From Verrucomicrobiia bacterium (lineage in GTDB: Bacteria; Patescibacteriota; Saccharimonadia; Saccharimonadales; JAGQNK01): DNA of 64,000 nucleotides. The notes below the pieces were generated by a model. It was given only the letters and a program-made list of their open reading frames with translations, was not told the origin of the DNA and ran no database searches. The position numbers and the translations under genes were made by a program. The stretch is taken from contig DATHJY010000003.1 of the NCBI GenBank assembly GCA_035489575.1, forward strand, positions 53,800 to 117,799, written 5' to 3'. Shown piece by piece: positions 47,697 through 57,187 of the stretch (the first letter of the stretch is position 1; each line of letters opens with the position of its first letter).

Positions 47697-48177
47697 TGTG
47701 CTGTTTGCTGCCGCCTTTGCGCTTGCTCACACGTTGCTGGCTATCCTGTGGTTTGATATTTTGTCAGGTTCAGCGCTACTTGTTGTGGGTCTAGCTAGCG
47801 TGATTGTCTACGGAGTTCTGCTGGCCTATGTCCATGAGGGTGCTCACTTTGTGGCTGCAAAGTTGGCTGGTGCCCAGGATGTGAAACTGCATGCTAGTAC
47901 AAAAGGTTTTAGCGTGACGTACGCACTACATGACTTTCCCCTAAGGCTCTTGGCAATCAGTCTGGCAGGCCCATTGAGTGGTGTGGTGTATGGAACTCTG
48001 GGACTCATTGCCGCCGGCAGCTGGCAGCAAGCTCATCCTGTGTGGGCTACTTGGGTGGCTATGATATCGATCATAGCCTGCTTGCAGGCGGTGCTACTGT
48101 TGCCATTTGTAGCAGATGGCAACATGTTTTGGACCAGCTTGTGGAATATTATAATGAGAAAGAAGGGAACATCGTGA
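47686..48177 (+). CDS. M50/site-2-protease-like intramembrane metalloprotease (minimal)
   Basis: HEGAHFVAAKLAG (HExxH in TM helix) and LLPFVADGNMFW (LDG-like); overlaps permease stop. Confidence 0.45.
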   Translation: MRSDVLFAAAFALAHTLLAILWFDILSGSALLVVGLASVIVYGVLLAYVHEGAHFVAAKLAGAQDVKLHASTKGFSVTYALHDFPLRLLAISLAGPLSGVVYGTLGLIAAGSWQQAHPVWATWVAMISIIACLQAVLLLPFVADGNMFWTSLWNIIMRKKGTS

Positions 48178-48191
48178 AACAAAATAAAGCA

Positions 48192-48455
48192 ATGTCTTGG
48201 AGCGCAACAGCGTTTATCGCATCGTTCAGTAGTATACTTTTTGCTCCAATGACGTATCTGATTGTTGTTGGCAAAAGCAATAATCATCTGAATCCGAGTA
48301 TTGGACCAGTCGAACTCTTTTCTGTAGATTCACAAAGCTCTGGAAGTTTTTCGTTGTCCTACGGACTGGGCGCATTGCTTGTCCCTGCTGTGTTTAGCTT
48401 GCTTGTGTGGGGTGTCTTGCAGGTTCTTGCAAGCAGAAAACAAGCTTCTAAGTAG
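48192..48455 (+). CDS. small membrane protein
   Basis: MSWSATAFIASF...; two TM helices; track ORF 48042 upstream part overlaps the previous gene out of frame. Confidence 0.35.
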   Translation: MSWSATAFIASFSSILFAPMTYLIVVGKSNNHLNPSIGPVELFSVDSQSSGSFSLSYGLGALLVPAVFSLLVWGVLQVLASRKQASK

Positions 48456-48637
48456 TCCGTTTTTCGTCCTTTGGGCCTTGTCGGAGTTTTACTCCCAATG
48501 GGTCCGGGACTCGTCAGCACAAACGCACATTTGTGGAAACGGTATAACAATGGAGGGTGTGGCGGGGTGTGTTGCGGCGGCGCGCATAAAGTACCTGAGC
48601 GGTACACCACACCCATCTGGGCTTGTTGGTCGTGATC

Positions 48638-49186
48638 TCACTGGGGCAGCAGAGCCTTGAAGGCGCCTTCCTTCCGGTTTTGGACCTTGTGCTTGATGAG
48701 CTTTCGGACCAGCCAGTAGGTGACTAGGAGCAGGAGCCCCAGCTTGCTGCAGAGGGACCACAGTTGGAACGCTTCTTGCTGCAGGGGCAGGTGTGTCATG
48801 CCGACGGCAGTCCACGCTTTCTGCATGAGTAGGTCGGCGTTGCCGAGGACGATGGTCAGGAGCTGCTGCATCAGGATGACGTCCAGGAGCTTGATGAGCA
48901 AGAACACGAAGGGGGCCATCATGGTGGTAGCCATGGCCACGTCGACGGTGGTGCCTTCCACCTTGCTTGGGGTTCGATGAGCCTGCAGGTACTTGGTCTC
49001 GGCGGCGTCCAGGACGGACAGGTGGCCGAGCCAGAAGATCACCGCGCAGATGGCAGTAAACACGATCCAGCCAACCACGGCGGGCAGGCTGAGGAGTGCG
49101 AGTACCAAGGCAAGTCCTCCATTGTTAAGGGTGACACGAGTTGTCACGCTTATGATTATACCATATTTGATAAGTATTTTACACAA
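48638..49186 (-). CDS. hypothetical membrane protein (GC-rich)
   Basis: multiple TM helices. Confidence 0.4.
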   Translation of the reverse strand: MCKILIKYGIIISVTTRVTLNNGGLALVLALLSLPAVVGWIVFTAICAVIFWLGHLSVLDAAETKYLQAHRTPSKVEGTTVDVAMATTMMAPFVFLLIKLLDVILMQQLLTIVLGNADLLMQKAWTAVGMTHLPLQQEAFQLWSLCSKLGLLLLVTYWLVRKLIKHKVQNRKEGAFKALLPQ

Positions 49187-49363
49187 CTAGATGGTGTAAT
49201 AGTTGTTTTTGGGGTCTGCAACAGCGTGCATAAACCTACGGGTGATACAGGCTAGTTTGCAAATATATCAGGGAATCCAAAAATCTGTGCGCGCTTTTGT
49301 GTGCGAGGACAAGGGCATGCTTCGCTGTCTTGGTATGGCGGTATTCGTCTCGTCCGATGGCGG

Positions 49364-50650
49364 TTATACTTGGGAGATAGCCAGTCGTAGCATGTCTTCG
49401 GGCATGCGGCTGGGGTAGATGGTTTTGTAGTCGTAGTTGGGCGGCAGCTCGTAATGATACTTGAGCAAGTCTGGATAGACGGTTTGCGCCATGGTCATGG
49501 CGGCCCGCGATTCTTTGACTTCGCCCACGCACTCTAGTGGTTTTTCGCCGGCAATGCCCAGCAGCTGTTCGTAGGTAGGTTCTAGCTTGGGGTCGTGCAG
49601 CAGGTTTTTGCCACTCCACAATTTTTCTAGATCCGCGCGGGGGATGAACGGTGTGAGCATGAGGAAGATAAAGGCACACTTTGGACATTCACCACACCAC
49701 GACATGCGGTCACTGGTGTGTATGTAGGCGCGGTTACAGCTGCTAAAAACATCTTTGTATTTCTCGAAACTCAGGCGCGCAAAGAACTCGGCAATGCGGA
49801 GCTCACTAAAGGGACGCAGCAGAGAGTAGTAGCGAATGCTATCACCAAAAAAAAGAGTCAGCACTGCTTGAAAATCCTGTTCGAATTCCTCGGATTTTGA
49901 GTACTGATGGTTGATGGCTACACCTTGATAGTGCAGAGTTGGCTCGTTGGCAGATTGCTCATTGGCCATAACCACGTCTCTTTTACCAGTCAGGATGGCT
50001 ACGACAGTACCCACACAGGCAAAGATAGCGGATATGGGAATATGACCGTTCAGGGCATCTTTTTCTTTAAGCTCCATAATTTGCTTGTCCCACTGACGCT
50101 CTACCCATTTGTGGGGCAGCCCAATACGTTCGACTAATGGTGTAAGCTGCGGGCGATGATTGACACTCCAGGTGGCTAAGTCAGAATGCTTAGGACGTAG
50201 TAGTTCTATGGCTACCAGGGAGTCTTTCCCGCCGCCTACGCTCGCGAGTGGGCCGGTGCCGGTATGGTGTGCTTCCTTGATAACGTTCGTGGTTATTGGA
50301 AAGGTGACCGGTGTGCGGGGGTCTAGTTGGTTTTCATACCAGAATTCACCCAAACCACGTTGATAGGTCTTAGAGAAAAAGCTGGCGAGCGGCCTATCCA
50401 GCTGACCACGGCGCACAACAATTTCTGAAGGAATATACATTTTGTAGTAAGAGACGCCGGCCATAAAAAACAGCAGCTGAAAGGCGCGGTCTAGGGTTGC
50501 TTGGTTGTACTGCGCAAAATCAAAGTCGAACTTGTAGGTTTCGGTCAGCTTGAGGGCATCATCAAAAGCATATTGGAGCTTTAGTATTTTGGTGTTTTCG
50601 TCAAACTGGTAGTCTTCAAAGATGAATTGATTGTATTTGTTGGGTCTCAT
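49364..50650 (-). CDS. PP-loop (SGGxDS) ATP-pyrophosphatase superfamily protein with C-terminal CxxC
   Basis: LASVGGGKDSLVAIELL; CGECPKC; 4-nt overlap with murD stop. Confidence 0.45.
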   Translation of the reverse strand: MRPNKYNQFIFEDYQFDENTKILKLQYAFDDALKLTETYKFDFDFAQYNQATLDRAFQLLFFMAGVSYYKMYIPSEIVVRRGQLDRPLASFFSKTYQRGLGEFWYENQLDPRTPVTFPITTNVIKEAHHTGTGPLASVGGGKDSLVAIELLRPKHSDLATWSVNHRPQLTPLVERIGLPHKWVERQWDKQIMELKEKDALNGHIPISAIFACVGTVVAILTGKRDVVMANEQSANEPTLHYQGVAINHQYSKSEEFEQDFQAVLTLFFGDSIRYYSLLRPFSELRIAEFFARLSFEKYKDVFSSCNRAYIHTSDRMSWCGECPKCAFIFLMLTPFIPRADLEKLWSGKNLLHDPKLEPTYEQLLGIAGEKPLECVGEVKESRAAMTMAQTVYPDLLKYHYELPPNYDYKTIYPSRMPEDMLRLAISQV

Positions 50651-51975
50651 AGGGCGTTCACTGCTTCTTTGTACTGGATGCCTCGGTCCTCGAAGTTCTT
50701 GAACATATCAAAACTGGCAAAACCTGGTGACAGCACTACCTTGTCGCCGGGATGAGCAGCGGACTTGGCGTGATCGACAACATTTTTCATGGCGGCGTCT
50801 TGCAGTACGTCGTAATTGGTAAAACCATGCACGGACAAGGCTTTTTCTATATGAGGGGCTGATTGGCCGATGATAATAACCCGCCGTAGGTCCTCTTGGT
50901 GTTTGACGATACCACGAGCTAGTTCGCCCAGATCCAGCCCGCGGTCAAAGCCGCCAATAAGCATGACTTTGCTGCCAACAATTGCGTCCATGGCCGCTAC
51001 AGTAGCTGGGGGTGCGGATGCAAAAGAGTCGTTGTAATAAGTTACGCCGTCTACCTCACGGACGCGCTCCAGGCGGTGGGGTAGGCCAGCCAGACCGGCA
51101 ATGGCCTTACGAATAGCTGGCACGTCTTGGGTGATATTCCATACAGCGGTGACGGCAGCGCAGACATTTTGCCAGTTGTGTTTGCCCAAGAGTTTGATGT
51201 CTGATATGTCACAAATTTTGTGGTGGTCTATCATGACGTACTCTTCGCCTTCGGCGTTGTCGGTCACGTAGGCACCCGGGTCGGCCATGAAGGGCATGAT
51301 ACTGCCGGCGGTAGATTCTGCTATAGCTTGGGAATAGTGGTTGTTGGCGTAATAAATGGCAATGTCTTGTTCTGCCTGGTGGACAAATAGCTGGCGTTTA
51401 GCCTCTACATATTCGTCTATGTCGGCATGCCAGTTGAGGTGTTCGGGCTCGATTAGCAGGCAGACGGCAATATGGGGTGACGATTTGAGATCTATCAGCT
51501 GGAAGTTGGCTAGCTCTAGTACCACCCAATCATCTGGCTTGATACCGTCCTTTAGCATGTCCAATGGTGGTATGCCAATATTACCGCCCAGATGTACTCG
51601 GTGGCCGGCTGCTTCTAGCATCCGGGCAATAAGGATACAGGTAGTGCCTTTACCCTTTGTGCCGGTGACGCCAATGATATTGCGGGTGGGACAGACCTCG
51701 AGGAATTCGTTGGTATTGGTCCAGATTTTTTCTAGGATATCCGGTGCATCGGGATTTGCCTCTTGGATTTGCCGAGGATGAATAACGGGGGTGCGAATAA
51801 TTAGATCGTATTGGTCCAACTTTTCCAGGTATTCTGGCCCCAACTGTTTTTTTGCACCAGGCGGGATGTGCTTTTTGGTGTCAATATCGCAAATAGTAAT
51901 ATCGTTTTCGGGTTTGCCCCAATAGTCGTAGGCCGACTTGCCCTGTCCTTCAAAGCCCAAGATAGCTATCTTCAT
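50647..51975 (-). CDS. murD: UDP-N-acetylmuramoylalanine--D-glutamate ligase
   Basis: GVTGTKGKGTT P-loop, GGNIGIPPLD, C-terminal LSPGFASFDMFKNFEDRG is the typical MurD end. Confidence 0.8.
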   Translation of the reverse strand: MKIAILGFEGQGKSAYDYWGKPENDITICDIDTKKHIPPGAKKQLGPEYLEKLDQYDLIIRTPVIHPRQIQEANPDAPDILEKIWTNTNEFLEVCPTRNIIGVTGTKGKGTTCILIARMLEAAGHRVHLGGNIGIPPLDMLKDGIKPDDWVVLELANFQLIDLKSSPHIAVCLLIEPEHLNWHADIDEYVEAKRQLFVHQAEQDIAIYYANNHYSQAIAESTAGSIMPFMADPGAYVTDNAEGEEYVMIDHHKICDISDIKLLGKHNWQNVCAAVTAVWNITQDVPAIRKAIAGLAGLPHRLERVREVDGVTYYNDSFASAPPATVAAMDAIVGSKVMLIGGFDRGLDLGELARGIVKHQEDLRRVIIIGQSAPHIEKALSVHGFTNYDVLQDAAMKNVVDHAKSAAHPGDKVVLSPGFASFDMFKNFEDRGIQYKEAVNAL

Positions 51976-51996
51976 AGGGTCTATTGTATCAAGAAT

Positions 51997-52503
51997 CTAG
52001 CTGTCCTCTTTGACTTGCTTTCGAAAAGCAAAACGGTAGCTTCCATACTGACTGATAGCAGCCGCAATCACTATGAAGAGCTGAAACTGTAGAAAGGTTG
52101 GAAGATTACTGGTCAGTGTGGGGTCGGGCCCCTCTGGTGAAGCTGTAAGGCTTACGATCGTAATGAATAAAACAACAAGGATCAGGAGAAAGACCCAGGG
52201 TAGTACTTTGAGTCGTAGCTGTTTTCTGAATATAAACAAGACAAATGGCTGTACCAGGAGGGCAAAATACTGTAGCGCTGCCAGAAGAGACCACAGGGGA
52301 TTGTAGTAGGACGGCAGCTGCCGGTAGCTTGGATCTTTTAGCGCGAACATGTTTTGTTCGTACTCAACACGGAATTTGCCCAGAACGACAATAAGTATAA
52401 AACCCAAGACCATCAACCCTGTGAGTACAAGCAGCCCCTTGAGCGCTTGTCTAAGAAAATCGGACTGACTTGTGGTGGGTGAATTACTTTCCATGGCGAC
52501 CAT
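51997..52503 (-). CDS. hypothetical membrane protein
   Basis: 168 aa, 4-5 TM. Confidence 0.4.
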   Translation of the reverse strand: MVAMESNSPTTSQSDFLRQALKGLLVLTGLMVLGFILIVVLGKFRVEYEQNMFALKDPSYRQLPSYYNPLWSLLAALQYFALLVQPFVLFIFRKQLRLKVLPWVFLLILVVLFITIVSLTASPEGPDPTLTSNLPTFLQFQLFIVIAAAISQYGSYRFAFRKQVKEDS

Positions 52504-52525
52504 GCACTAGAGGATTCAACGCTTA

Positions 52526-52888
52526 TCAGGAGCCAAGAAAGCTGATAGATAGATCGCTTATCCAGTCGGCCAGAGGTTTCAGGATGATCAGCTGTATGCC
52601 AAACAAGATGAGTAATATGTTGGTGGTGCGATTGAAAACCTGTTTTTTATCCTTCACAAATAGCAAAAGGATGGGAAGCATGATCAAGGTTGCTACCGAG
52701 AGTACGACCCATACAAGCGCTAGGGGCTCGGCGGCGCTCACCAGCCAGCCATCCTGTTTGTCTATGGTCAGATATGACACAAGCGTACCGATGATATAAA
52801 AGATAATTTGAAGTGACAGAACTACATTAAATGCCCACAAAAACTTCTTTGCAAACGGTTCAGAAAAATATTTCATTACTCTTAGCAA
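52526..52888 (-). CDS. hypothetical membrane protein
   Basis: 120 aa, 3-4 TM. Confidence 0.4.
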   Translation of the reverse strand: MLRVMKYFSEPFAKKFLWAFNVVLSLQIIFYIIGTLVSYLTIDKQDGWLVSAAEPLALVWVVLSVATLIMLPILLLFVKDKKQVFNRTTNILLILFGIQLIILKPLADWISDLSISFLGS

Positions 52889-53069
52889 AGCACACGATTT
52901 GCCCTACTTCAATCAAAATGTCGACAAAGGCGAAGATATCGACTTTTCGGATATACTTTTTCTTGTAAAATAATTTCTGCTATTGAACATTTCCAGATTG
53001 TTAGAGGTGTTATACCAAAGCTGAGGCATCCCCTGCTTCAGGATCCGCCGCAAATCCGAGGAGTCCCCC

Positions 53070-54092
53070 GTGCGAAAGTACATCGTCGGTCTACTGACCG
53101 TTGTGTGCATGACCATCGGCATGCTGTGCATGCCGACCGCCCCCGCTGACGCTCAGGCGTCACAGACCTTTCGGATCGCTCGGACCGAGATCGGCATCCG
53201 CTTCCGGACCAACCCGAACGACTGGAACTCCGCTGCTGGCCCCGCTGGCTACGACGGTGACTGGGTGACGCTGCACTGCGTGCGCGAAGGCACCGCTGTC
53301 GGCCCCTACAACAACCGCATGTGGTACCAGGCCACGACTGCCACAGGGTCGGGCTGGCTCCCGGATCGGTACACCACCACGCCGATCAACGCCAACGAGT
53401 GGCTGCCCAACCTGTCCAAATGTGACCAGCCGGCTCCGGCTGCTGCGCCAACCCCGGCAAGCCAGTCGGTGTTCTTCTCGCCCAACGAGACCCCCGGTGG
53501 GCAGGACGGGCTGAACCCCGGAACGACCAACCTCAAGCTGTCGCAGTGGGCTGGCGGTGAAGGGTGTTCGGCTGACAACGTCATGTCCTCGGTCCCGGCC
53601 AACACGACCACCATCGCTGGCTGGAGTCGCGGGCGTATGGGTGTGGTCTACTTCCTGACAAAGGCTACGCCCCGGCAGATGCAGCAGCTGGACACCATCG
53701 TCCTCTTCGATCCAGGCAGCGCCCGCAATTTCGAGGATCGCTGGGTCATCAGCTGGGATCCACACCAGGAGGCTTGCGATGACAATTACGACATCAATGG
53801 CTTGCTGGCCAACTGGCTGAAGTCTGAGCGCGAGAAGCGGTTGATCGTGGTAACTGGTCACGACAGTGAGATGTACGAGTTCGCCGGCCTTTGGGACCAC
53901 TATTTCGCTGGCATCTGGGCGTTGGACGATGACATCAGTGCGGCGCGTGCGCGCGTTTGCGACTACACCAACATGGACCACTACGTCCTGATGCGGCAGT
54001 TCGCTGGCATGGTGAAGAGCCCTCCAGACAGCTGCCCCCGTGGTGTCGGCAACCAGGACGCCGTCAAGGGCGCCCAGGGCTGGCACCCGTAG
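53070..54092 (+). CDS. secreted hypothetical protein (GC-rich)
   Basis: signal peptide LLTVVCMTIGMLCMPTAPADA; GC-rich. Confidence 0.5.
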   Translation: MRKYIVGLLTVVCMTIGMLCMPTAPADAQASQTFRIARTEIGIRFRTNPNDWNSAAGPAGYDGDWVTLHCVREGTAVGPYNNRMWYQATTATGSGWLPDRYTTTPINANEWLPNLSKCDQPAPAAAPTPASQSVFFSPNETPGGQDGLNPGTTNLKLSQWAGGEGCSADNVMSSVPANTTTIAGWSRGRMGVVYFLTKATPRQMQQLDTIVLFDPGSARNFEDRWVISWDPHQEACDDNYDINGLLANWLKSEREKRLIVVTGHDSEMYEFAGLWDHYFAGIWALDDDISAARARVCDYTNMDHYVLMRQFAGMVKSPPDSCPRGVGNQDAVKGAQGWHP

Positions 54093-54185
54093 TTCAATAG
54101 CAACCTTGCCGGAGGGCAGCGTGTTCGAGCGTTTTTCGCTCCTCGCACTGCTCCTCCGGCCCTACCATTTATAAAATATTCCACA

Positions 54186-54283
54186 CATGAAGAAAGACCC
54201 GTCAAGCGCAGAACCCTGGTAAGGGTATCGGTGCTGAAGAATCTTTCTCCAGTACGTGCATTTGACGAGTCTTGTTGCTCGTT
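54186..54283. repeat. conserved ~100-nt structured element, copy 1 (3' of membrane-protein paralog)
   Basis: catgaagaaagacccgtcaagcgcag...gtgctgaagaa.tctttctcc...ttgacgag.cttgttgctcgt; interleaved complementary blocks agaaagac/gtctttct and cgtcaagc/gcttgacg. Confidence 0.5.
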
Positions 54284-54293
54284 CTTTGTTGGG

Positions 54294-54782
54294 CTAGCCC
54301 TGGGGCTGGGGTGGGAAGGGGTCGAGGCGCCAGATGCACCACTCCAGGAAGTGCGCGTAGGCGTAGCCTCCAGCCAGCATGATCGGCAGGGCCCAGGGAA
54401 GGACCAAGAACATGCCCAAGCTGGCAGGCACGACCACCCCGAGGCCCAGCACGAGTGCGCCGAACGTGGCGACCTGGTGCTTTGTGGGTAGGAGCAGGCA
54501 GCCAAGGGCCAGCGAGAAGACCACCACGGAGACGACTCCACCTAGCAGCAGGAAGCTGACAGAGAGGCGTTCACCAGGCAGCTTGGTTCCAAGGCACACG
54601 GTACCCAGGAAGAGGGGCCACTGCAGGGCAGCCAGGACTCTGGTCAGACGCAGCCGGATGGGACCCCAGCCGGTTGTCTGGCTCTTCAGCCATTGCTCTC
54701 GCTGAGCATCTACCTGAGCGGCATCAACTGCCTTGATGGCTGCGTCCGTAGTCACGGATGCGGAAGTGTCTTGAGGGGTCAA
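54294..54782 (-). CDS. small polytopic membrane protein, paralog 1 of 3
   Basis: TM helices; C-terminal ...LDPFPPQPQG shared with paralog 3 (...LDPYPPALQ). Confidence 0.5.
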   Translation of the reverse strand: MTPQDTSASVTTDAAIKAVDAAQVDAQREQWLKSQTTGWGPIRLRLTRVLAALQWPLFLGTVCLGTKLPGERLSVSFLLLGGVVSVVVFSLALGCLLLPTKHQVATFGALVLGLGVVVPASLGMFLVLPWALPIMLAGGYAYAHFLEWCIWRLDPFPPQPQG

Positions 54783-54836
54783 AAGAGAGACTCCAGGGGT
54801 TAGATACGAGCAAGGACATACAACCTGTTACGACAG

Positions 54837-54871
54837 ATCGTAGGACATATATTATAATATTTTTCCACATA
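54837..54871 (-). promoter_or_regulatory. conserved promoter motif (TTATAATATATnTnnTACGAT) upstream of paralog 1
   Basis: shared with 55593-55620 and 57245-57272, each ~60-85 nt upstream of a paralog start. Confidence 0.4.
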
Positions 54872-54881
54872 AATTACAAGG

Positions 54882-54977
54882 CATGAAGAAAGGCTCGTCA
54901 AACGTGGGATACCCTGTAGGGGCGCCAGGTGTGAAGAGACTTTCTTCACTCACGTCTGACAAGCCTTGATGCTCGTC
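54882..54977. repeat. conserved structured element, copy 2
   Basis: catgaagaaaggctcgtcaaacg...gtgaagagactttcttc...tgacaagccttgatgctcgtc. Confidence 0.45.
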
Positions 54978-54995
54978 GTACTGGGCGGATGTTCG

Positions 54996-55541
54996 TTAGA
55001 CCGGCCGGGTGGGTCGGCGGTTGAGGAGCGCCATGGGGATGTGGGCGTGCAGCACCATGAAGATGATGCCGAGGTAGCCCATGATGATGCCGGTGAGCAC
55101 CGGATAGTCACTGCCCGCCGGACCGTCGAAGGCTGCGTTGATCAGCAGGACGGGAACGACAGACGAAACCACGGTGGCCGCGCCAACGTAGAGCAGTCCA
55201 CGGTGGTGGGCGGGACGCCACAGGACGGCGCACGACAGGCCGATGGCCACAATCCTGACGATCAGGAAGGCGGCGGTGGGCAGCGTGTGCGTCGAGGCCT
55301 GCGACGAATCGTCGGGCAAGTTGGGCAGAGCCCATGCGGCCGTAGCGAACCACTGTACGAAGCCGGCCGGAACCAGCCACAGCATCCGGGCGTCGTATGA
55401 CTCCCATTGGGCCATGCGCTGCCGGTGCTCCTCGTCCCGATGGGCTTGCTCGCGGCGAGCGGCAGCCTCGGCGAGGGAGGGTTGAGTGGTCTTGCCAGCG
55501 CCGGTGATGAGCAGCGATAGTACGGTGTCAAGAAAGGGCAT
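54996..55541 (-). CDS. small polytopic membrane protein, paralog 2 of 3
   Basis: 181 aa; similar architecture. Confidence 0.45.
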   Translation of the reverse strand: MPFLDTVLSLLITGAGKTTQPSLAEAAARREQAHRDEEHRQRMAQWESYDARMLWLVPAGFVQWFATAAWALPNLPDDSSQASTHTLPTAAFLIVRIVAIGLSCAVLWRPAHHRGLLYVGAATVVSSVVPVLLINAAFDGPAGSDYPVLTGIIMGYLGIIFMVLHAHIPMALLNRRPTRPV

Positions 55542-55592
55542 GGTATCTCCAGGGGGTGGGTGAGTACGAACGAGAACGTACGATCTGCCGAA

Positions 55593-55620
55593 GACTAATC
55601 GTAATAGATATATTATAACA
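55593..55620 (-). promoter_or_regulatory. conserved promoter motif upstream of paralog 2
   Basis: aatcgtaatagatatattataaca. Confidence 0.4.
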
Positions 55621-55636
55621 CAAAAAATTACTTAAT

Positions 55637-56557
55637 TCAATCTCTTGTCAGGAGGGAGTCCAGCAAGGCGCCACCTCCCCCCAGCAAAATATGCGGGTCG
55701 GTTGGTCCTTGTTTGTGGACAAAGCGTGTTTCTGGCACGTGCCCCGCCAAGGGAGTGTCCGAGGCCATGAGCTCATCGACGGCAGTTCTGTAAGCATCTT
55801 CGTCCAGCTTGAGCCCGTGTCCGGTCGTATCCCAGCTGATGATAAGTACCTGGGCAGTGGAAGCTCGACCAAGTCTGCCTGCCATCAGCGCCAACTGGTG
55901 GGGATCAATCTCTGACGGCGTATCTGGTGTCTGCTCTGGCGCTTGTTCTACTGCGGGCTTATCGGGCAGTTGTGGCCAGTCCGGGTGAGCAATGTCGTGG
56001 AAGGGCGCCGGAAGGTCGATAGCCCTCCAGGATTTGTTGATCCTGTGTACTGCACCACCGGTCAAATTCCTCCTGCCTAAATCGATTCCAGCAACGGCAT
56101 CGGCACTGGGATTGTAGGCTGCCGCCGCATGGGCTACGAGGGTGTTGTAGTGGACCACTTCATACAGGGGTCTATACTGGAATAAACGGTCAAACTCCTC
56201 TCCTTGGGCGCGGATTCCGCTGACGATATTGATCGGATCTTCTATGTCATGCACATGTGGCGTGTCCCGCAGCCAATTTGGCGCCGCCGCGCCGTCATAG
56301 ACGCCTCTACGACGTATATTCCCGTGCAGCGCAACTACGGTGGATCCGGTGCCTTTTTGGCGCCCTTCCTGCAAGGTGTGAGCTAAGAACCTGTAAAAGT
56401 TCTCTAGATCGTATGGCACATCTGTAAATTCGTAGGCTTCGGCAGAGGCCTCGCCCCGGAGTCTGGTGGTAGTTTCGCCTACCAAAGCACCATTATCGCT
56501 GTCGATTGCCACTACCAGATCACGTCCGACCACCACGGGGGCTCGTTCGTCTGCCAT
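55637..56557 (-). CDS. hypothetical protein (possibly metallophosphoesterase-like)
   Basis: 306 aa, GC-rich; weak LHGN motif only. Confidence 0.35.
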   Translation of the reverse strand: MADERAPVVVGRDLVVAIDSDNGALVGETTTRLRGEASAEAYEFTDVPYDLENFYRFLAHTLQEGRQKGTGSTVVALHGNIRRRGVYDGAAAPNWLRDTPHVHDIEDPINIVSGIRAQGEEFDRLFQYRPLYEVVHYNTLVAHAAAAYNPSADAVAGIDLGRRNLTGGAVHRINKSWRAIDLPAPFHDIAHPDWPQLPDKPAVEQAPEQTPDTPSEIDPHQLALMAGRLGRASTAQVLIISWDTTGHGLKLDEDAYRTAVDELMASDTPLAGHVPETRFVHKQGPTDPHILLGGGGALLDSLLTRD

Positions 56558-56623
56558 AGCTTGACCCTCTTTTAGTACTTAATAGTATAAATCGCCTGAG
56601 AATCAAATTCAAAGCTTGGGCCA

Positions 56624-56723
56624 CATGAAGAAAGACCCGTCAAGCGCAGAAAACCCAGTAAAGGGCATCGGTGCTGAAGAAGTCTTTCTCCAGTGTCTGT
56701 GCTTGACGAGCCTTGTTGCTCGT
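56624..56723. repeat. conserved structured element, copy 3
   Basis: ~85% identical to copy 1 with non-triplet indels. Confidence 0.5.
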
Positions 56724-56737
56724 CTCTGTTGGTGTGG

Positions 56738-57187
56738 CTATTGCAGTGCGGGCGGGTAAGGGTCCAGGCAGGACAGCGCCAGCCTGAGGCTGATGGCGTA
56801 GGCGGCGCAGCCCAGGACCGTCAGTGGCAGTGGGCTGTCGAGCTGGTAGCCCGCATAGAGCGGCCCGAAGGTGCCGAATACGAGAATGGCTGCCAGGAAC
56901 AGGGTCCGCTGCTTCGTGCTGCCTGAACTGGGCAGGAGACACATGGTGGCGATCATTACTCCACTGCTGGTGATCGCGCCAATCAGCCAGGGGCCGATGG
57001 GGAGCACTGGATGCTCGTGGAGCTTGGTGGCCATGAGGTTGAAGTAGATATCCCACTGCAGGACGGCCAGGATGGAAAGCACGATCACAGCGAGTCGCTG
57101 GTCATGTTGACGCTTCTCCCATGCCTCTCGCTTGGCCATCAGCTTGGTGACGTCGGCATCAGGGGTGGTCGGTGATTGGAGGTTCAT
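56738..57187 (-). CDS. small polytopic membrane protein, paralog 3 of 3
   Basis: ATG MNLQSPTT with SD cgggag (track ORF extends to GTG 57229). Confidence 0.5.
   Translation of the reverse strand: MNLQSPTTPDADVTKLMAKREAWEKRQHDQRLAVIVLSILAVLQWDIYFNLMATKLHEHPVLPIGPWLIGAITSSGVMIATMCLLPSSGSTKQRTLFLAAILVFGTFGPLYAGYQLDSPLPLTVLGCAAYAISLRLALSCLDPYPPALQ

Noticed and set aside
53160-54541. Minus-strand ORFs 53160-54086 and 53981-54541, and plus ORFs 54379-54705, 54966-55400
   Set aside because: Overlap better-supported genes (signal-peptide protein, TM paralogs) and have low-complexity R/P/G-rich translations; GC-rich shadow ORFs.
56625-56759. Plus-strand small ORF inside structured-element copy 3, encoding a Cys-rich 44-aa peptide (MKKDPSSAENPVKGIGAEEVFLQCLCLTSLVARLCWCGYCSAGG) that looks bacteriocin-like
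   Set aside because: Copies 1 and 2 of the same element begin with the same ATGAAGAAAG but hit stops after 11 and 28 codons, and copy 1 and copy 3 differ by 1- and 2-nt indels. Conservation is therefore at nucleotide/RNA level, not peptide level.
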